From Flavobacteriales bacterium (GTDB taxonomy: Bacteria; Bacteroidota; Bacteroidia; Flavobacteriales; BACL11), in the NCBI GenBank assembly GCA_947502765.1, contig CANNBA010000010.1, positions 1,477 through 65,476 of the forward strand: DNA of 64,000 nucleotides, read 5' to 3'. A program made the position numbers and the translations under genes. Below, in pieces: positions 49,830 to 60,244 of the stretch. Below the pieces are notes generated by a model, which had not been told where the DNA came from, did not search any database, and worked only from the letters and a program-made list of their open reading frames with translations. Position 1 is the first letter of the stretch. Each line of letters opens with the position of its first letter.

Positions 49830-52800
49830 ATGGCAGGTTTTTTAAATATCTTAGGCAAGCTATTTGGTAACAAATATGATAAAGATGTTAAGGAAATAAC
49901 TCCTGTTGTTGAAGAAATAAATAAACAATGCGAGAATTTAACCTCTTTAACAAATGATGAGCTAAGAAACAAAACCTTAGATTTAAAAAAACAAATTAAT
50001 GATTTTGTTTCAGGAGAAAGAAAAGAAATTGAGGTATTAAAAGAAAAAGCCAACTCCAAAGATATCCCTGCTGAGCAAAAGGAAGCCTTATACAAAGAAA
50101 TAGATGGTCTTGAAAAAACCATTCTTGAAAAAATTGAAGAAATACTTAACACTATCTTGCCAACTGCATTTGCAGTTGTAAAAGAAACTTCAAGAAGATT
50201 TGCTAAAAATGAATCAATAGAAGTAACTGCATCAGATAATGACAAAGAACTAGCCACAAAAAAAGATTTTGTGAGTGTAACTGGCGAAAAAGCAATCTAT
50301 CAAACAACTTGGGATGCTGCTGGTACTAAAATTAAATGGGACATGGTTCATTATGATGTTCAATTAATTGGAGGTATTGTTTTACATCAGGGGAAAATTG
50401 CTGAGATGCAAACTGGGGAAGGGAAAACTTTATCGGCTACACTTCCTATCTACTTAAATGCACTTACAGGGCTTGGAGTTCATTTGGTAACTGTGAATGA
50501 CTATCTTGCCAAAAGGGATGCTCAGTGGATGGGTCCTTTATTTCAATTTCATGGATTGAGTATTGATTGTATTGACAATCATCAACCAAATTCTGATGCA
50601 AGAAGAGATGCCTATCTAGCAGATATCACTTATGGTACAAATAACGAATTTGGATTTGATTACCTTAGAGATAATATGGCTAAACGCCCTGAGGATTTAG
50701 TCCAAAGAAAATTGCATTACACTATTGTTGATGAGGTAGATTCTGTACTTATTGATGACGCTCGTACGCCTCTTATTATTTCAGGTCCTACTCCACAAGG
50801 AGATAAGCATGAATACAATGAATACAAACATAAAGTAGACCAGTTAATAAATGCTCAAAGAACATTTGTTACTACTGTAATTGCTGATGCAAAAAAACTT
50901 TTAACTGAAGGTGATACTGAAAAAGGAGGACTGAATCTTTTAAGAGCTTTTAGAGGATTACCAAAAAATAAAGCGCTTATTAAATTCTTATCAGAAGAAG
51001 GGATAAGAGCTCAATTACAAAAAACGGAAAACTTTTATATGCAAGATCAAAATAAGGAAATGCACAAGGTAGATGCAGAACTTTATTTTGTAATTGATGA
51101 AAAATCAAACGCTATCGAGTTGACTGAAAAAGGGCTAGAGCTCATAACAAGTTCAACCGAAAATAAAGATTTCTTTGTGTTGCCTGATGTTGGAGGAAGT
51201 ATTGCTGAAATTGATAAATCTGACAAAACAGACATCCAAAAAGCACAAGCTAAAGATGAAACTCTAAGAGACTTTGCGGTAAAAAGTGAGAGAGTACATA
51301 CCATCAACCAATTGCTAAAAGCATATACTCTATTTGAAAAAGATGTAGAATATGTAATCATGGACAACAAAGTGAAAATTGTTGACGAGCAAACTGGTCG
51401 TATTATGGAAGGAAGGAGATACTCTGATGGACTGCATCAAGCAATTGAAGCTAAAGAAAATGTAAAAGTAGAAGCTGCAACACAAACTTATGCAACAATT
51501 ACTTTACAAAATTACTTTAGAATGTATGATAAAATTTCTGGGATGACTGGTACGGCTGAAACTGAAGCTGGAGAATTCTGGGAAATTTATAAATTAGATG
51601 TGGTGGCTATCCCTACAAACAAACCAATTGTTAGGGCTGATAAAGAGGATTTGGTTTACAAAACAAATCGCGAAAAATACAATGCTGTAATTGAAGATAT
51701 TGCAACCCTTACTGAGCAAGGAAGACCTGTATTAGTAGGGACGACATCTGTGGAAATATCAGAGTTACTAAGTACTATTCTCAGAAAAAGAGGAATTAAG
51801 CACAATGTACTAAATGCAAAAATGCACCAAAGAGAAGCCGATATTGTGGCTGAAGCTGGTAAAGACAGTGCAGTTACTATTGCAACAAATATGGCTGGTA
51901 GAGGTACGGACATTAAATTATCAGATCAGGTTAAAACTGCTGGAGGCTTGGCTATAATTGGAACTGAACGACATGATTCCAGAAGAGTTGATAGGCAGCT
52001 AAGAGGTAGATCAGGAAGACAAGGAGATCCTGGTTCTTCTCAATTTTATATTTCTCTTGAAGATAAATTGATGCGATTATTCGGATCAGAAAGAATCGCA
52101 AAACTTATGGATAGAATGGGGCTTGAAGAAGGGGAAGTAATCCAGCATTCTATGGTGAGCAAATCCATTGAAAGAGCTCAGAAAAAAGTAGAGGAAAACA
52201 ATTTTGGGACAAGAAAAAGACTGTTGGAATATGATGATGTAATGAACCAACAAAGAGAAGTTATTTATAAAAAAAGACGACATGCTTTACATGGAGAAAG
52301 AATGTCTCTTGATGTCTTAAACATGATTTACGATACTTGTGAAAATATAGTTGATGAACTCCACCAAGCAAAAGATTATGATGCTTTTAAACTTGATTTA
52401 ATCAGACTATTAGCAACCGAAAGCCCAGTATCTGAAGATGAATTTAAAGATCTATCTACTGATGCAATCACTGAAAAAGTATTTGCCAGTTGTTATAAAT
52501 CATATCAAAATAAATCAGAAACAATTGCTAAGCAAGCATTTCCTGTTATTAAAGATGTTTATGAAAATCAGTCCGCTACTTATGAAAATATAGTAATCCC
52601 TTTTACGGATGGATTAAAAACTTTACAAGTAGTAACCAACCTCAAAGAAGCACACGATACTGAAGGTAGTAATATCTCAGAGGCAATTGAAAAAAGTGTT
52701 ACCCTTGCAATAATAGATGATATATGGAAGGAGCACTTAAGAGAGATGGATGACTTGAAGCAGTCAGTACAAAATGCGGTCTACGAACAGAAAGATCCTC

Positions 52801-53108
52801 TATTAATTTACAAATTTGAATCCTTTAATTTATTTAAATCTCTTATTGGAAAAGTAAATAAAGACATTGTTTCTTTCTTGCTAAAATCGGGCTTACCATC
52901 ACAGGTAAATGCCAGACAAGAACAAAATCCAAAACTACAAAATACAAACCTTCAAATGAGCAGGCCTGAATCTGTTGTACAAAACCCAAACAATCCTCAC
53001 CAGCAAAAACCAAAAGCACAACCAATAAGAGCTGAGGAAAAGATAAATAGAAATGCTGAGTGTCCTTGCGGAAGTGGTAAGAAATATAAAAAATGTCACG
53101 GCAGCTAG
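49830..53108 (+). CDS. secA: preprotein translocase subunit SecA
   Basis: 1092 aa with [38 protein letters not shown] and the C-terminal zinc motif [14 protein letters not shown]. Confidence 0.95.
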   Translation: MAGFLNILGKLFGNKYDKDVKEITPVVEEINKQCENLTSLTNDELRNKTLDLKKQINDFVSGERKEIEVLKEKANSKDIPAEQKEALYKEIDGLEKTILEKIEEILNTILPTAFAVVKETSRRFAKNESIEVTASDNDKELATKKDFVSVTGEKAIYQTTWDAAGTKIKWDMVHYDVQLIGGIVLHQGKIAEMQTGEGKTLSATLPIYLNALTGLGVHLVTVNDYLAKRDAQWMGPLFQFHGLSIDCIDNHQPNSDARRDAYLADITYGTNNEFGFDYLRDNMAKRPEDLVQRKLHYTIVDEVDSVLIDDARTPLIISGPTPQGDKHEYNEYKHKVDQLINAQRTFVTTVIADAKKLLTEGDTEKGGLNLLRAFRGLPKNKALIKFLSEEGIRAQLQKTENFYMQDQNKEMHKVDAELYFVIDEKSNAIELTEKGLELITSSTENKDFFVLPDVGGSIAEIDKSDKTDIQKAQAKDETLRDFAVKSERVHTINQLLKAYTLFEKDVEYVIMDNKVKIVDEQTGRIMEGRRYSDGLHQAIEAKENVKVEAATQTYATITLQNYFRMYDKISGMTGTAETEAGEFWEIYKLDVVAIPTNKPIVRADKEDLVYKTNREKYNAVIEDIATLTEQGRPVLVGTTSVEISELLSTILRKRGIKHNVLNAKMHQREADIVAEAGKDSAVTIATNMAGRGTDIKLSDQVKTAGGLAIIGTERHDSRRVDRQLRGRSGRQGDPGSSQFYISLEDKLMRLFGSERIAKLMDRMGLEEGEVIQHSMVSKSIERAQKKVEENNFGTRKRLLEYDDVMNQQREVIYKKRRHALHGERMSLDVLNMIYDTCENIVDELHQAKDYDAFKLDLIRLLATESPVSEDEFKDLSTDAITEKVFASCYKSYQNKSETIAKQAFPVIKDVYENQSATYENIVIPFTDGLKTLQVVTNLKEAHDTEGSNISEAIEKSVTLAIIDDIWKEHLREMDDLKQSVQNAVYEQKDPLLIYKFESFNLFKSLIGKVNKDIVSFLLKSGLPSQVNARQEQNPKLQNTNLQMSRPESVVQNPNNPHQQKPKAQPIRAEEKINRNAECPCGSGKKYKKCHGS

Positions 53109-54157
53109 AAAAAACAAGTAGCACAAAATTCATCAAATATATATTTTATCTCTTTGTACTACTAAATGTACAATCCTGTAAAACCTATAAACTTACTGCT
53201 AACAAGGAAGATATTCCAAAACAGGATTTTGACATAAATTTAGTAAGCGAATCTCCTAACTATTCCGAAATAAAATATTGGGTAGAGCATCCCCAAAAAG
53301 AAATGCATTACGCAAGCATGCCAAAGAACTACACCGACAGCTTATATAAATTTAATCCTTCAATAGATGTTTTTTTTGTTCACCCAACTCTTTATTTTAA
53401 AGGCAATAGATGGAATGGAGATATTCATGATCAGAAGCTAAATGAAAATATTGGAAATTCTGCTATCAAATATCAAGCCAGCGTCTTTTTAGGAATTGCA
53501 AATATTTATGCCCCACATTATAGGCAAATGCACATTCATTCTTACTCCGATTTAAAAAATGGATATCAAGCTTATGATGTTGCTTATTTGGATGTGAAAA
53601 ATGCGTTTCTGTACTATTGGAAAAATTACAATAAATCCAAGAAATTTATTCTTGCTGGACACAGTCAAGGAACAAACCATTCTGAAAGATTATTGAAAGA
53701 AATAATTCTACAAAATGACACCATGAAAAATTTACTACTTATTAGCTATCTTGCAGGAATGCCAATAAAACAATCTCATGAGGATTTTCCTGCCTGCACT
53801 TCCTCTAATCAATTGAACTGTTTTCTTTCATGGCGTACATTAGCTGAAGGATACTTTCCAAGCGATTGGACTATTAATGATAGTATTTCTTGCGTAAATC
53901 CTATTTCTTGGCAAACAGATAACTTGGTATCTAAAAAAGAAAACCATCAAGGAATCCTATTTCGGAATCATAAAATACATTATCCAAATTCGATAGAAGC
54001 ATATATTCAAAATAGTGTGGTTTGGATAAAACCTATTAAAATTCCTTTTGCAAGTTTTTACCGAATGAATAATTACCACCCAGCAGATTATAATTTATTC
54101 TGGCTCAATATTAGAAATAACTTAAGGTATCGATTAAAAGAAAATGGATACAATTAA
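53093..54157 (+). CDS. DUF3089-like alpha/beta hydrolase lipoprotein
   Basis: 354 aa with the lipobox-like LLNVQSC and the nucleophile elbow AGHSQG. It overlaps the secA end by 16 nt. Confidence 0.6.
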   Translation: MSRQLEKTSSTKFIKYIFYLFVLLNVQSCKTYKLTANKEDIPKQDFDINLVSESPNYSEIKYWVEHPQKEMHYASMPKNYTDSLYKFNPSIDVFFVHPTLYFKGNRWNGDIHDQKLNENIGNSAIKYQASVFLGIANIYAPHYRQMHIHSYSDLKNGYQAYDVAYLDVKNAFLYYWKNYNKSKKFILAGHSQGTNHSERLLKEIILQNDTMKNLLLISYLAGMPIKQSHEDFPACTSSNQLNCFLSWRTLAEGYFPSDWTINDSISCVNPISWQTDNLVSKKENHQGILFRNHKIHYPNSIEAYIQNSVVWIKPIKIPFASFYRMNNYHPADYNLFWLNIRNNLRYRLKENGYN

Positions 54158-54169
54158 CAACTATATAAG

Positions 54170-54203
54170 GCAATAGATGGCAAACGATCATACCATTGAT
54201 TGC
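54170..54203 (+). terminator. hairpin between convergent genes
   Basis: GCAATAGATGG-(12 nt)-CCATTGATTGC forms 10 of 11 pairs and is followed by TTTAAAT. Confidence 0.35.
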
Positions 54204-54220
54204 TTTAAATACAAAGCGGT

Positions 54221-55147
54221 TTAAGCTTTATTTTTCTTGTTTTTTAATTCTTCTACAGCAATCAAACTACTTTGAATTTGCAATTGTAAATCAGCTACAT
54301 TGTTAGGAGAGTAAGGCATAAAAATAGTGCTCGAATTATGTTCTCCAAGTTTTGCAATCGTTTCATAATGCTGAGTCAGAAATAGCATATTCATTACTTC
54401 TTTGCTTGTTACATCCGATTCCATTGCTTGCTTAACTTCCTGAACTGATTCTTTTAACCCATTTGCTATTGCAATTCTTTGCATAGCTATCCCTTCTCCG
54501 GATAATCGTTTACTTTCTGCATCAGCCTCAGCAGCTGCTACAACTCTAATTTTAGCTGCTGCCGCTTCTTCTTTTGCTGCTTCTTTCATTCTTTTTGCAG
54601 CATTAATTTCATTCATAGAATGCTTTACTTTTGCGTCAGGATCAATATCGGTAACAAGGGCTTTTATAAAATCAAAACCGAACCGTTTCATAGTTTCTGA
54701 AAGTTCATTCTTAATTGCAATAGCAATCTTTTCTTTCTGAGCAAATACATCATCTAATTCCATTAAAGGTACTTCTGAACGAATAGAATCAAAGACATAA
54801 GATTGAATTTGTTGCTCGGGATTATTTAACTCATAAAAAGAAGATTTTATTCCATCTTCAGAAGCAATTACAAAGAATTGGACAGAAACTACTATTCTTA
54901 CAAATACATCATCTTTTGTTTTTGTTTCTACTTCAACAGGAAGCTCTCTTACTCTCAAGTTTAAATTACCTGAAATACTATCAATTAAAGGAATTTTTAA
55001 GTGCAAACCTGCTTTGGACACTTTATGAAACTTTCCTAGTCTTTCAATAATAACCGCCTGAGTCTGAGTTACCATATAAAAAGTACCTCTTAGTACAATG
55101 AATAGGGCTATAAAATAAAACACATTCCAAATATCAAAATTTTCCAT
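54221..55147 (-). CDS. SPFH/band-7 (stomatin-like) protein
   Basis: 308 aa with an N-terminal TM segment, an SPFH core (AVIIERLGKFHKV...) and an Ala/Glu-rich coiled coil. Confidence 0.85.
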   Translation of the reverse strand: MENFDIWNVFYFIALFIVLRGTFYMVTQTQAVIIERLGKFHKVSKAGLHLKIPLIDSISGNLNLRVRELPVEVETKTKDDVFVRIVVSVQFFVIASEDGIKSSFYELNNPEQQIQSYVFDSIRSEVPLMELDDVFAQKEKIAIAIKNELSETMKRFGFDFIKALVTDIDPDAKVKHSMNEINAAKRMKEAAKEEAAAAKIRVVAAAEADAESKRLSGEGIAMQRIAIANGLKESVQEVKQAMESDVTSKEVMNMLFLTQHYETIAKLGEHNSSTIFMPYSPNNVADLQLQIQSSLIAVEELKNKKNKA

Positions 55148-55171
55148 AATAATTATTTTTTAAATTGGTTG

Positions 55172-55179
55172 CAAATATA
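55172..55179 (-). promoter_or_regulatory. -7 promoter motif TAnnTTTG upstream of the SPFH gene
   Basis: The reverse complement of CAAATATA is TATATTTG. It lies 24 nt upstream of the start at 55147. Confidence 0.4.
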
Positions 55180-55205
55180 CAAGGTATAGACGCAACTAAT
55201 CAGTT

Positions 55206-56294
55206 TTATTTCAAATATCTGAAATCGTGATTATTTTTAATTTTTTGTAAAGATTCGTAAATTAAACGAATTACATTTTCTACATCCTCTTTACTTGCCA
55301 TCTCAACTGTAGTATGCATATATCTAAGCGGCAAAGAAATTAAAGAGGATGCTACTCCTCCTGTTGCATAAGCAAAAGCATCTGTATCAGTGCCTGTGGA
55401 TCTAGAGGCTGCAGCTCTTTGAAAAGGAATCTTTTTCTTTTCGGCAGCTTTAATAATAAGCTCTAAAAGATTGTTTTGTACAGCAGGACCATAAGTCAAA
55501 ACAGGTCCATCACCACATTTGATGTCGCCTTGCTTAATTTTATCAAGCATTGGAGTTCCAGTATCATGACAAACATCAGTAACAATTGCCACATTTGGCT
55601 TTATTTGCTCTACAATCATCTGAGCTCCTCTAAGCCCAACTTCTTCCTGTACTGAATTAGTAATGTATAAGCCAAACGGTAGTTTGATTTTATTTTCATG
55701 CAATAAACGAGCTACCTCAGCAATCATAAAACCTCCAATACGATTATCTAATGCTCGACCAACATAATATTTATGGTTAAGCACCATGAATTGATCTTCA
55801 TAAGTAACAACACAACCCACATGAATTCCTAATTGCTCAACTTCTTCTTTATCCTTAGCTCCGCAGTCCAAAAAGATATTGTCCAATTTTGGCGCTTTTT
55901 CATTTGCTTCAGTTCTTGTATGGATTGCTGGCCAACCAAAAACTGCTTTTACCATTCCTTTTTTAGTATGGATATTTACTCTTTTTGATGGAGCAATTTG
56001 ATGATCAGAACCCCCATTTCTTCTAAGGTAAATAAACCCTTCTTTGGTAATATAGTGGACAAACCAGGATATTTCATCAGCATGAGCTTCAATAACGACT
56101 TTGTATTTTGCCTTAGGATTTATAACCCCAACTACTGTACCGTAAGTATCTACAAAGTGCGTATCAATGTAAGGATTGATATAGCTTAACCACATTTTTT
56201 GTCCTTCACTTTCAAAGCCTGTTGGTGATGGATTGTTCAAATAATCTTCTAAAAATTTTTCTGATTTTTTAGTTATAAGACTCTTTTTTGCCAT
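55206..56294 (-). CDS. M42 family metallopeptidase (FrvX-like aminopeptidase)
   Basis: 362 aa with VIEAHADEI, GRALDNRIG and SVQEEVGLRGA. Confidence 0.85.
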   Translation of the reverse strand: MAKKSLITKKSEKFLEDYLNNPSPTGFESEGQKMWLSYINPYIDTHFVDTYGTVVGVINPKAKYKVVIEAHADEISWFVHYITKEGFIYLRRNGGSDHQIAPSKRVNIHTKKGMVKAVFGWPAIHTRTEANEKAPKLDNIFLDCGAKDKEEVEQLGIHVGCVVTYEDQFMVLNHKYYVGRALDNRIGGFMIAEVARLLHENKIKLPFGLYITNSVQEEVGLRGAQMIVEQIKPNVAIVTDVCHDTGTPMLDKIKQGDIKCGDGPVLTYGPAVQNNLLELIIKAAEKKKIPFQRAAASRSTGTDTDAFAYATGGVASSLISLPLRYMHTTVEMASKEDVENVIRLIYESLQKIKNNHDFRYLK

Positions 56295-56334
56295 AATATT
56301 TTTTAAAATTTAAGCTGCGAATATAAGTAATTTA

Positions 56335-56826
56335 TCATGCCCAGCCCTCTCTATCTAACGACCTATATTGAATGGCTTCTGCCAGGTGTTCAGTAGTTAT
56401 TTTTTCTGATTTTTCTAAGTCGGCAATAGTTCGTGAAACTTTTAATATTCTATCATATGCTCTTGCTGATAAATTGAGTTTATCCATTGCTATTTTTAGC
56501 ATTCTTTGACTTTTTTCATCTAATCCGCAAAACTCTTGCAACTGCTTAGTACTCATTTGAGCGTTAGCATGTACTCCTTTAATTTTTTGATACCTCTCTT
56601 CCTGTATAATCCTAGCGCTAATTACTCTTTCTCTAATAGCTGCGCTACACTCTCCTTTTTTCTTGGCTGCCAATTCATCAAAACTCACGGGAGTAACCTC
56701 AACATGCAAATCAATCCTGTCCAAAAGGGGTCCAGATTTTTTATTCAAGTATTTTTGCACCATTCCAGGAGGGCATAAGCAGTCTTTATCAGGATGGTTG
56801 TAATAACCACAGGGACAAGTAACTAT
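56335..56826 (-). pseudogene. comM: C-terminal ~160-codon fragment of comM/yifB (Mg-chelatase-like AAA+ competence protein)
   Basis: CPCGYYNHPDKDCLCPPGMVQKYLNKKSGPLLDRIDLHVEV...ARAYDRILKVSRTIADLEKSEKITTEHLAEAIQYRSLD is the conserved ComM/YifB C-terminal module. In the family as I recall it, this module starts after roughly residue 340 of a protein of about 500 aa. The upstream 30 codons of the track ORF (MYLIIFIRLNKRL...) look unrelated, and no AAA+ ATPase part follows. Confidence 0.75.
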
Positions 56827-56872
56827 CTTTATAAATACCTCTAAATTAATTAGTTGATAAATAATTAAATAT

Positions 56873-56893
56873 TTTAGTCGTTTGTTTAGTCGT
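56873..56893 (+). repeat. two direct copies of TTTAGTCGT, 12-nt period, next to the comM breakpoint
   Basis: TTTAGTCGT occurs at 56873-56881 and 56885-56893. An inverted partial copy (GACTAAAA, reverse complement TTTTAGTC) lies at 57076-57083. Confidence 0.5.
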
Positions 56894-57120
56894 ATGAATA
56901 TGATTAAATACATCTTATCATGAAACTACAAAATCAAAATAGACTTAAAAAATGTAAAAGAGATAAGTTATTATTCTTTTTCAAGAATTGTATTAAAAGT
57001 ACTCCGTTGTATATACTCCCATAAAAAATCCACCTTCACAAAAAACAAATTTGAAAATAAATATATAAGAGTATGGACTAAAACATTTCGTTCCAGTTCA
57101 ATAAAAAAACTTACTCTAAT

Positions 57121-57408
57121 ATGAATAAGAAAAAACACATTCAAACAAACTTTTTCAGGTTTCTACTTGAAAAGTATTCAAATGACCACAACACTCAAAC
57201 TGACATTGAATTTGATGATGAGGTAGAAAACCCTGACGAGGAGACCAATGATGAATTACCAAAACGACTTAAACGAATGGTAGAAATTGAAGATGAGGAC
57301 CCTGAAAGAACCGAAGATGATGATGTCATAGACGAACTTGTCAAAGAATACAAAAAAATAAAAAAACAATATGAAAATCGTAGGATACCTGTCAGAAGAA
57401 AACGATAA
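57121..57408 (+). CDS. hypothetical highly charged small protein
   Basis: 95 aa with an acidic core (DDEVENPDEETNDE, EDEDPERTEDDD) and a basic tail. No family was recognised. Confidence 0.3.
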   Translation: MNKKKHIQTNFFRFLLEKYSNDHNTQTDIEFDDEVENPDEETNDELPKRLKRMVEIEDEDPERTEDDDVIDELVKEYKKIKKQYENRRIPVRRKR

Positions 57409-57628
57409 ACTTTATGATTTTGATACCCTAAGAAGACTTATAGGGTCCTCAAAATCAAAGTTACATCGTGACCTTCACAAACTTCAAAATCGTGAATTTG
57501 TGAAGTATAAAAACCAATTTCTTTATACAGAAAGAACAATGTTTGAGATAATGGAGAAAGTTCTGTTTGAGAGATTGGATAAAATTCAACATGAACATTA
57601 TGAACTTTCAAATGATAAGAAACATTGA
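57371..57628 (+). CDS. hypothetical small protein, possible winged-helix/HTH DNA-binding
   Basis: 85 aa. LYDFDTLRRLIGSSKSKLHRDLHKLQNREFVKYKNQFLY has the spacing of an HTH followed by a wing. It overlaps the upstream ORF by 38 nt in the +1 frame. Confidence 0.3.
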   Translation: MKIVGYLSEENDKLYDFDTLRRLIGSSKSKLHRDLHKLQNREFVKYKNQFLYTERTMFEIMEKVLFERLDKIQHEHYELSNDKKH

Positions 57629-57749
57629 AGACAGAATTTCCAAGAATAGAAAGAAATTAAATGAAGAAACGGATAATAAAAAGAAACAAATATTGAGGTT
57701 GAAAATACAGATTGATGAGATTAAAGTAAAACTTGAAAGATTGAAGTAA
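57567..57749 (+). CDS. hypothetical coiled-coil peptide
   Basis: 60 aa, or about 45 aa from the ATG at 57612. It has a heptad-like KKQILRLKIQIDEIKVKLERLK and again lies in the next +1 frame. Confidence 0.2.
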   Translation: MRDWIKFNMNIMNFQMIRNIEDRISKNRKKLNEETDNKKKQILRLKIQIDEIKVKLERLK

Positions 57750-57870
57750 TAAATTGAGAGTTCAAGTCTCTCCAAATAAAACTTGATATGAAAAACCCTT
57801 ACCAATATTGATAATCTGTAATCCTTAAATAATAAGGGTTAGTTGTTACTATATATAAAATCCAGTTAAT

Positions 57871-58452
57871 ATGACCATTAAAGAAACCTACCTAAGAAAG
57901 GTAAATAACCTCATCAAAGAACCTTACATTTATATATGTATCAAACCAATAAGAGGAATGAAATCACTGAACCAATTCAGGTTTTTAATTAAGAAAATGT
58001 TCAGAGAGGTTTCTAAACTCTATGGTGTGTATGAACCTCACTTACACCTAAAATATATTTCAGTAATTGAAATCAACAAATCCATTATTCTGGGAGATAA
58101 CTTATTTATGGGTAAGTTTTCTAAAACATCTAAATCTATTAATAGAAATGGTAGTGTTTCCACCAACTATTTCGATGTTACAGATAACATTGATGAATTA
58201 GGTTTTCACACACACATATTTCTACAAAAGAGATTTCATAACAATGAAATTTCTCATACTTTATTGAAACAATATATCTCCAATTGTTTTGACAAAGTGG
58301 GTATTGAAATAAATTATTATGAAAAGACAGATGAGGTTTATTCAATGAATAATTTTATCCATTATCATACAAAACAACTTCACTATCTGAATTCAGACTT
58401 TGTAATTTACAACACAACAAAATCGTTAATCCCCATAAACATTGAACAATAG
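57871..58452 (+). CDS. hypothetical protein with HUH-like motif (possible Rep/relaxase-type endonuclease)
   Basis: 193 aa. GFHTHIFLQ fits His-hydrophobic-His, and FIHYHTKQLHY about 55 aa downstream supplies candidate catalytic Tyr residues. This is motif-level evidence only. Confidence 0.4.
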   Translation: MTIKETYLRKVNNLIKEPYIYICIKPIRGMKSLNQFRFLIKKMFREVSKLYGVYEPHLHLKYISVIEINKSIILGDNLFMGKFSKTSKSINRNGSVSTNYFDVTDNIDELGFHTHIFLQKRFHNNEISHTLLKQYISNCFDKVGIEINYYEKTDEVYSMNNFIHYHTKQLHYLNSDFVIYNTTKSLIPINIEQ

Positions 58453-58486
58453 TCACATCAAGGATTTGATTGTTTAAATGTCGTTT

Positions 58487-58494
58487 TATTTTTG
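58487..58494 (+). promoter_or_regulatory. -7 promoter motif TAnnTTTG upstream of hsdM
   Basis: TATTTTTG lies 32 nt upstream of the ATG at 58527. TTG triplets at 58466-58472 could serve as the -33 element. Confidence 0.4.
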
Positions 58495-58526
58495 TATTTT
58501 TCCACCGAATATTAATTTACAAAAAG

Positions 58527-60242
58527 ATGTCTAAACACCAAGAACTTTCAAATTTTATATGGGGTATATGTGATGATGTATTGAGAGGACTTTTCAAACC
58601 TCACGAATACGGAGATGTAATACTTCCCTTTGTAGTATTAAGAAGATTAGATTGTGTTTTGGAACCACAAAAAGACAAAGTCTTAGAATTATATAACCAG
58701 TATAAAGACAAAGTCAATGACCCCACTCCAATTATATTGGATAAAATAGGAACTACTTTTTTTAATACTTCAAAGTATGACCTAAGAAGATTGAAACAAG
58801 ACCCACAAAATATTTACCTCAACTTTAATAATTACCTCAATGGATATGATGAGAATGTTAGAGAAATCATTGAGAATTTTCAATTAGAGAAACCCATTGA
58901 AAAATTAAACAAGAATAATCGTTTGTTTCTTTTGGTGGATCGGATGACTGAGGTTGATTTACACCCTGATAAAATAGATAATCGTTTAATGGGTCAAATC
59001 TATGAAGAGTTACTTCGTAGATTTTCTGAGATGTCTAATGAAACCAGTGGTGACCATTATACTCCGAGAGATGTTGTGAGACTTTTAGTTTCTCTATTGT
59101 TTTCGGGAGAAGAAGAAAACTTAAAAGGAAAAGGTGTTATTAGAAGTTTGTTTGACCCTTGTAGTGGAACTGGGGGACTTCTAACAATGGGTAAGGAATG
59201 GGTAAGAGAAAACATAAACCCTGATGTTGAATTTCTTCTATTTGGTCAAGAATTAAATCCTCAAACATATTCAATCTGTAAATCAGATATGATGTTGTTA
59301 GGTGAAAACTCAAACAACATCAAGGGACCAAGTTCGTCTCTATCTGATGATAGATTTCAAGGAATGAAGTTTGATTATTCTATAACAAATCCCCCATTTG
59401 GGGTGAGTTGGAAGTCTGAACAAGAATTCGTTGAAAACGAAAGTCAAAATCCTCATGGTAGATTTTTTGTCGGAACACCAAGGGTTTCCGATGGTTCATT
59501 ATTGTTCTTACAACACCTCATCTCAAAAATGGAAGATAAGGGAAGTAGAATAGGAATTGTGTTTAACGGGTCCCCATTATTTAGTGGTGATAGTGGTTCG
59601 GGAGAAAGTGAAATTAGAAAATGGATTATTGAAAACGATTGGTTGGAGTGTGTAGTTTCTTTACCTGACCAACTTTTCTTCAACACTGGTATTTCTACAT
59701 ATTTATGGATTGTAACTAACAAAAAGAAAAAGAATAGAAAAGGAAAGGTTCAATTAATAGATGGTAGTAGTTTTTATGTTCCTATGAAAAAGAGTTTAGG
59801 TTCAAAGAGAAAAATGATTTCAGAAAGTCAATTAACAGAACTGACCAATTCTTATAGTAAGTTTATAGAAAACAAACATTCAAAGATTTTTCCAAATCAG
59901 TATTTCGGATATACAAAAGTAACAATTGAACAACCTACAAAAGATGAAAAAGGAAAGGTTCTTAAAGATAAATCAGGAAATATAAAACCAAATAATTCTC
60001 TAAGAGATTACGAAAGAGTTCCATTGTTAGAGAATGTAGATGAGTATTTTGAAAGAGAAGTAAAACCTCATATTCCTGATAGTTGGATGGATAGAGATAA
60101 AGACAAGGTAGGATATGAAATCAATTTTTCGAAGTATTTCTATCAATATAAATCGTTGAGGTCTTTGAAAGAAATTACCCAAGAATTGATTAAAATAGAA
60201 AAAGAAAGTGAAGGTTTATTCAATCAAATTATTAATGAATAA
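58527..60242 (+). CDS. hsdM: type I restriction-modification system methyltransferase subunit
   Basis: Start at ATG 58527 (MSKHQELSNFIWGICDDVLRG, the HsdM N-terminal pattern). It has SAM motif I FDPCSGTGGLL and catalytic motif IV ITNPPFG. Confidence 0.9.
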   Translation: MSKHQELSNFIWGICDDVLRGLFKPHEYGDVILPFVVLRRLDCVLEPQKDKVLELYNQYKDKVNDPTPIILDKIGTTFFNTSKYDLRRLKQDPQNIYLNFNNYLNGYDENVREIIENFQLEKPIEKLNKNNRLFLLVDRMTEVDLHPDKIDNRLMGQIYEELLRRFSEMSNETSGDHYTPRDVVRLLVSLLFSGEEENLKGKGVIRSLFDPCSGTGGLLTMGKEWVRENINPDVEFLLFGQELNPQTYSICKSDMMLLGENSNNIKGPSSSLSDDRFQGMKFDYSITNPPFGVSWKSEQEFVENESQNPHGRFFVGTPRVSDGSLLFLQHLISKMEDKGSRIGIVFNGSPLFSGDSGSGESEIRKWIIENDWLECVVSLPDQLFFNTGISTYLWIVTNKKKKNRKGKVQLIDGSSFYVPMKKSLGSKRKMISESQLTELTNSYSKFIENKHSKIFPNQYFGYTKVTIEQPTKDEKGKVLKDKSGNIKPNNSLRDYERVPLLENVDEYFEREVKPHIPDSWMDRDKDKVGYEINFSKYFYQYKSLRSLKEITQELIKIEKESEGLFNQIINE

Positions 60243-60244
60243 TA

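Noticed and set aside
56920-57024. 34-codon basic ORF (MKLQNQNRLKKCKRDKLLFFFKNCIKSTPLYILP) just inside the island
   Set aside because: It is too short and compositionally trivial to support as a gene without homology or expression data.
57756-57772. GAGAG-TTCAAGT-CTCTC hairpin resembling a tRNA T-arm, considered as a possible att or tRNA remnant
   Set aside because: The loop fits the TTCRANY T-loop consensus. However, the following would-be acceptor strand (CAAATAA) is AT-rich, and no anticodon or D-arm can be folded upstream. The upstream sequence is coding, so the resemblance is probably fortuitous.
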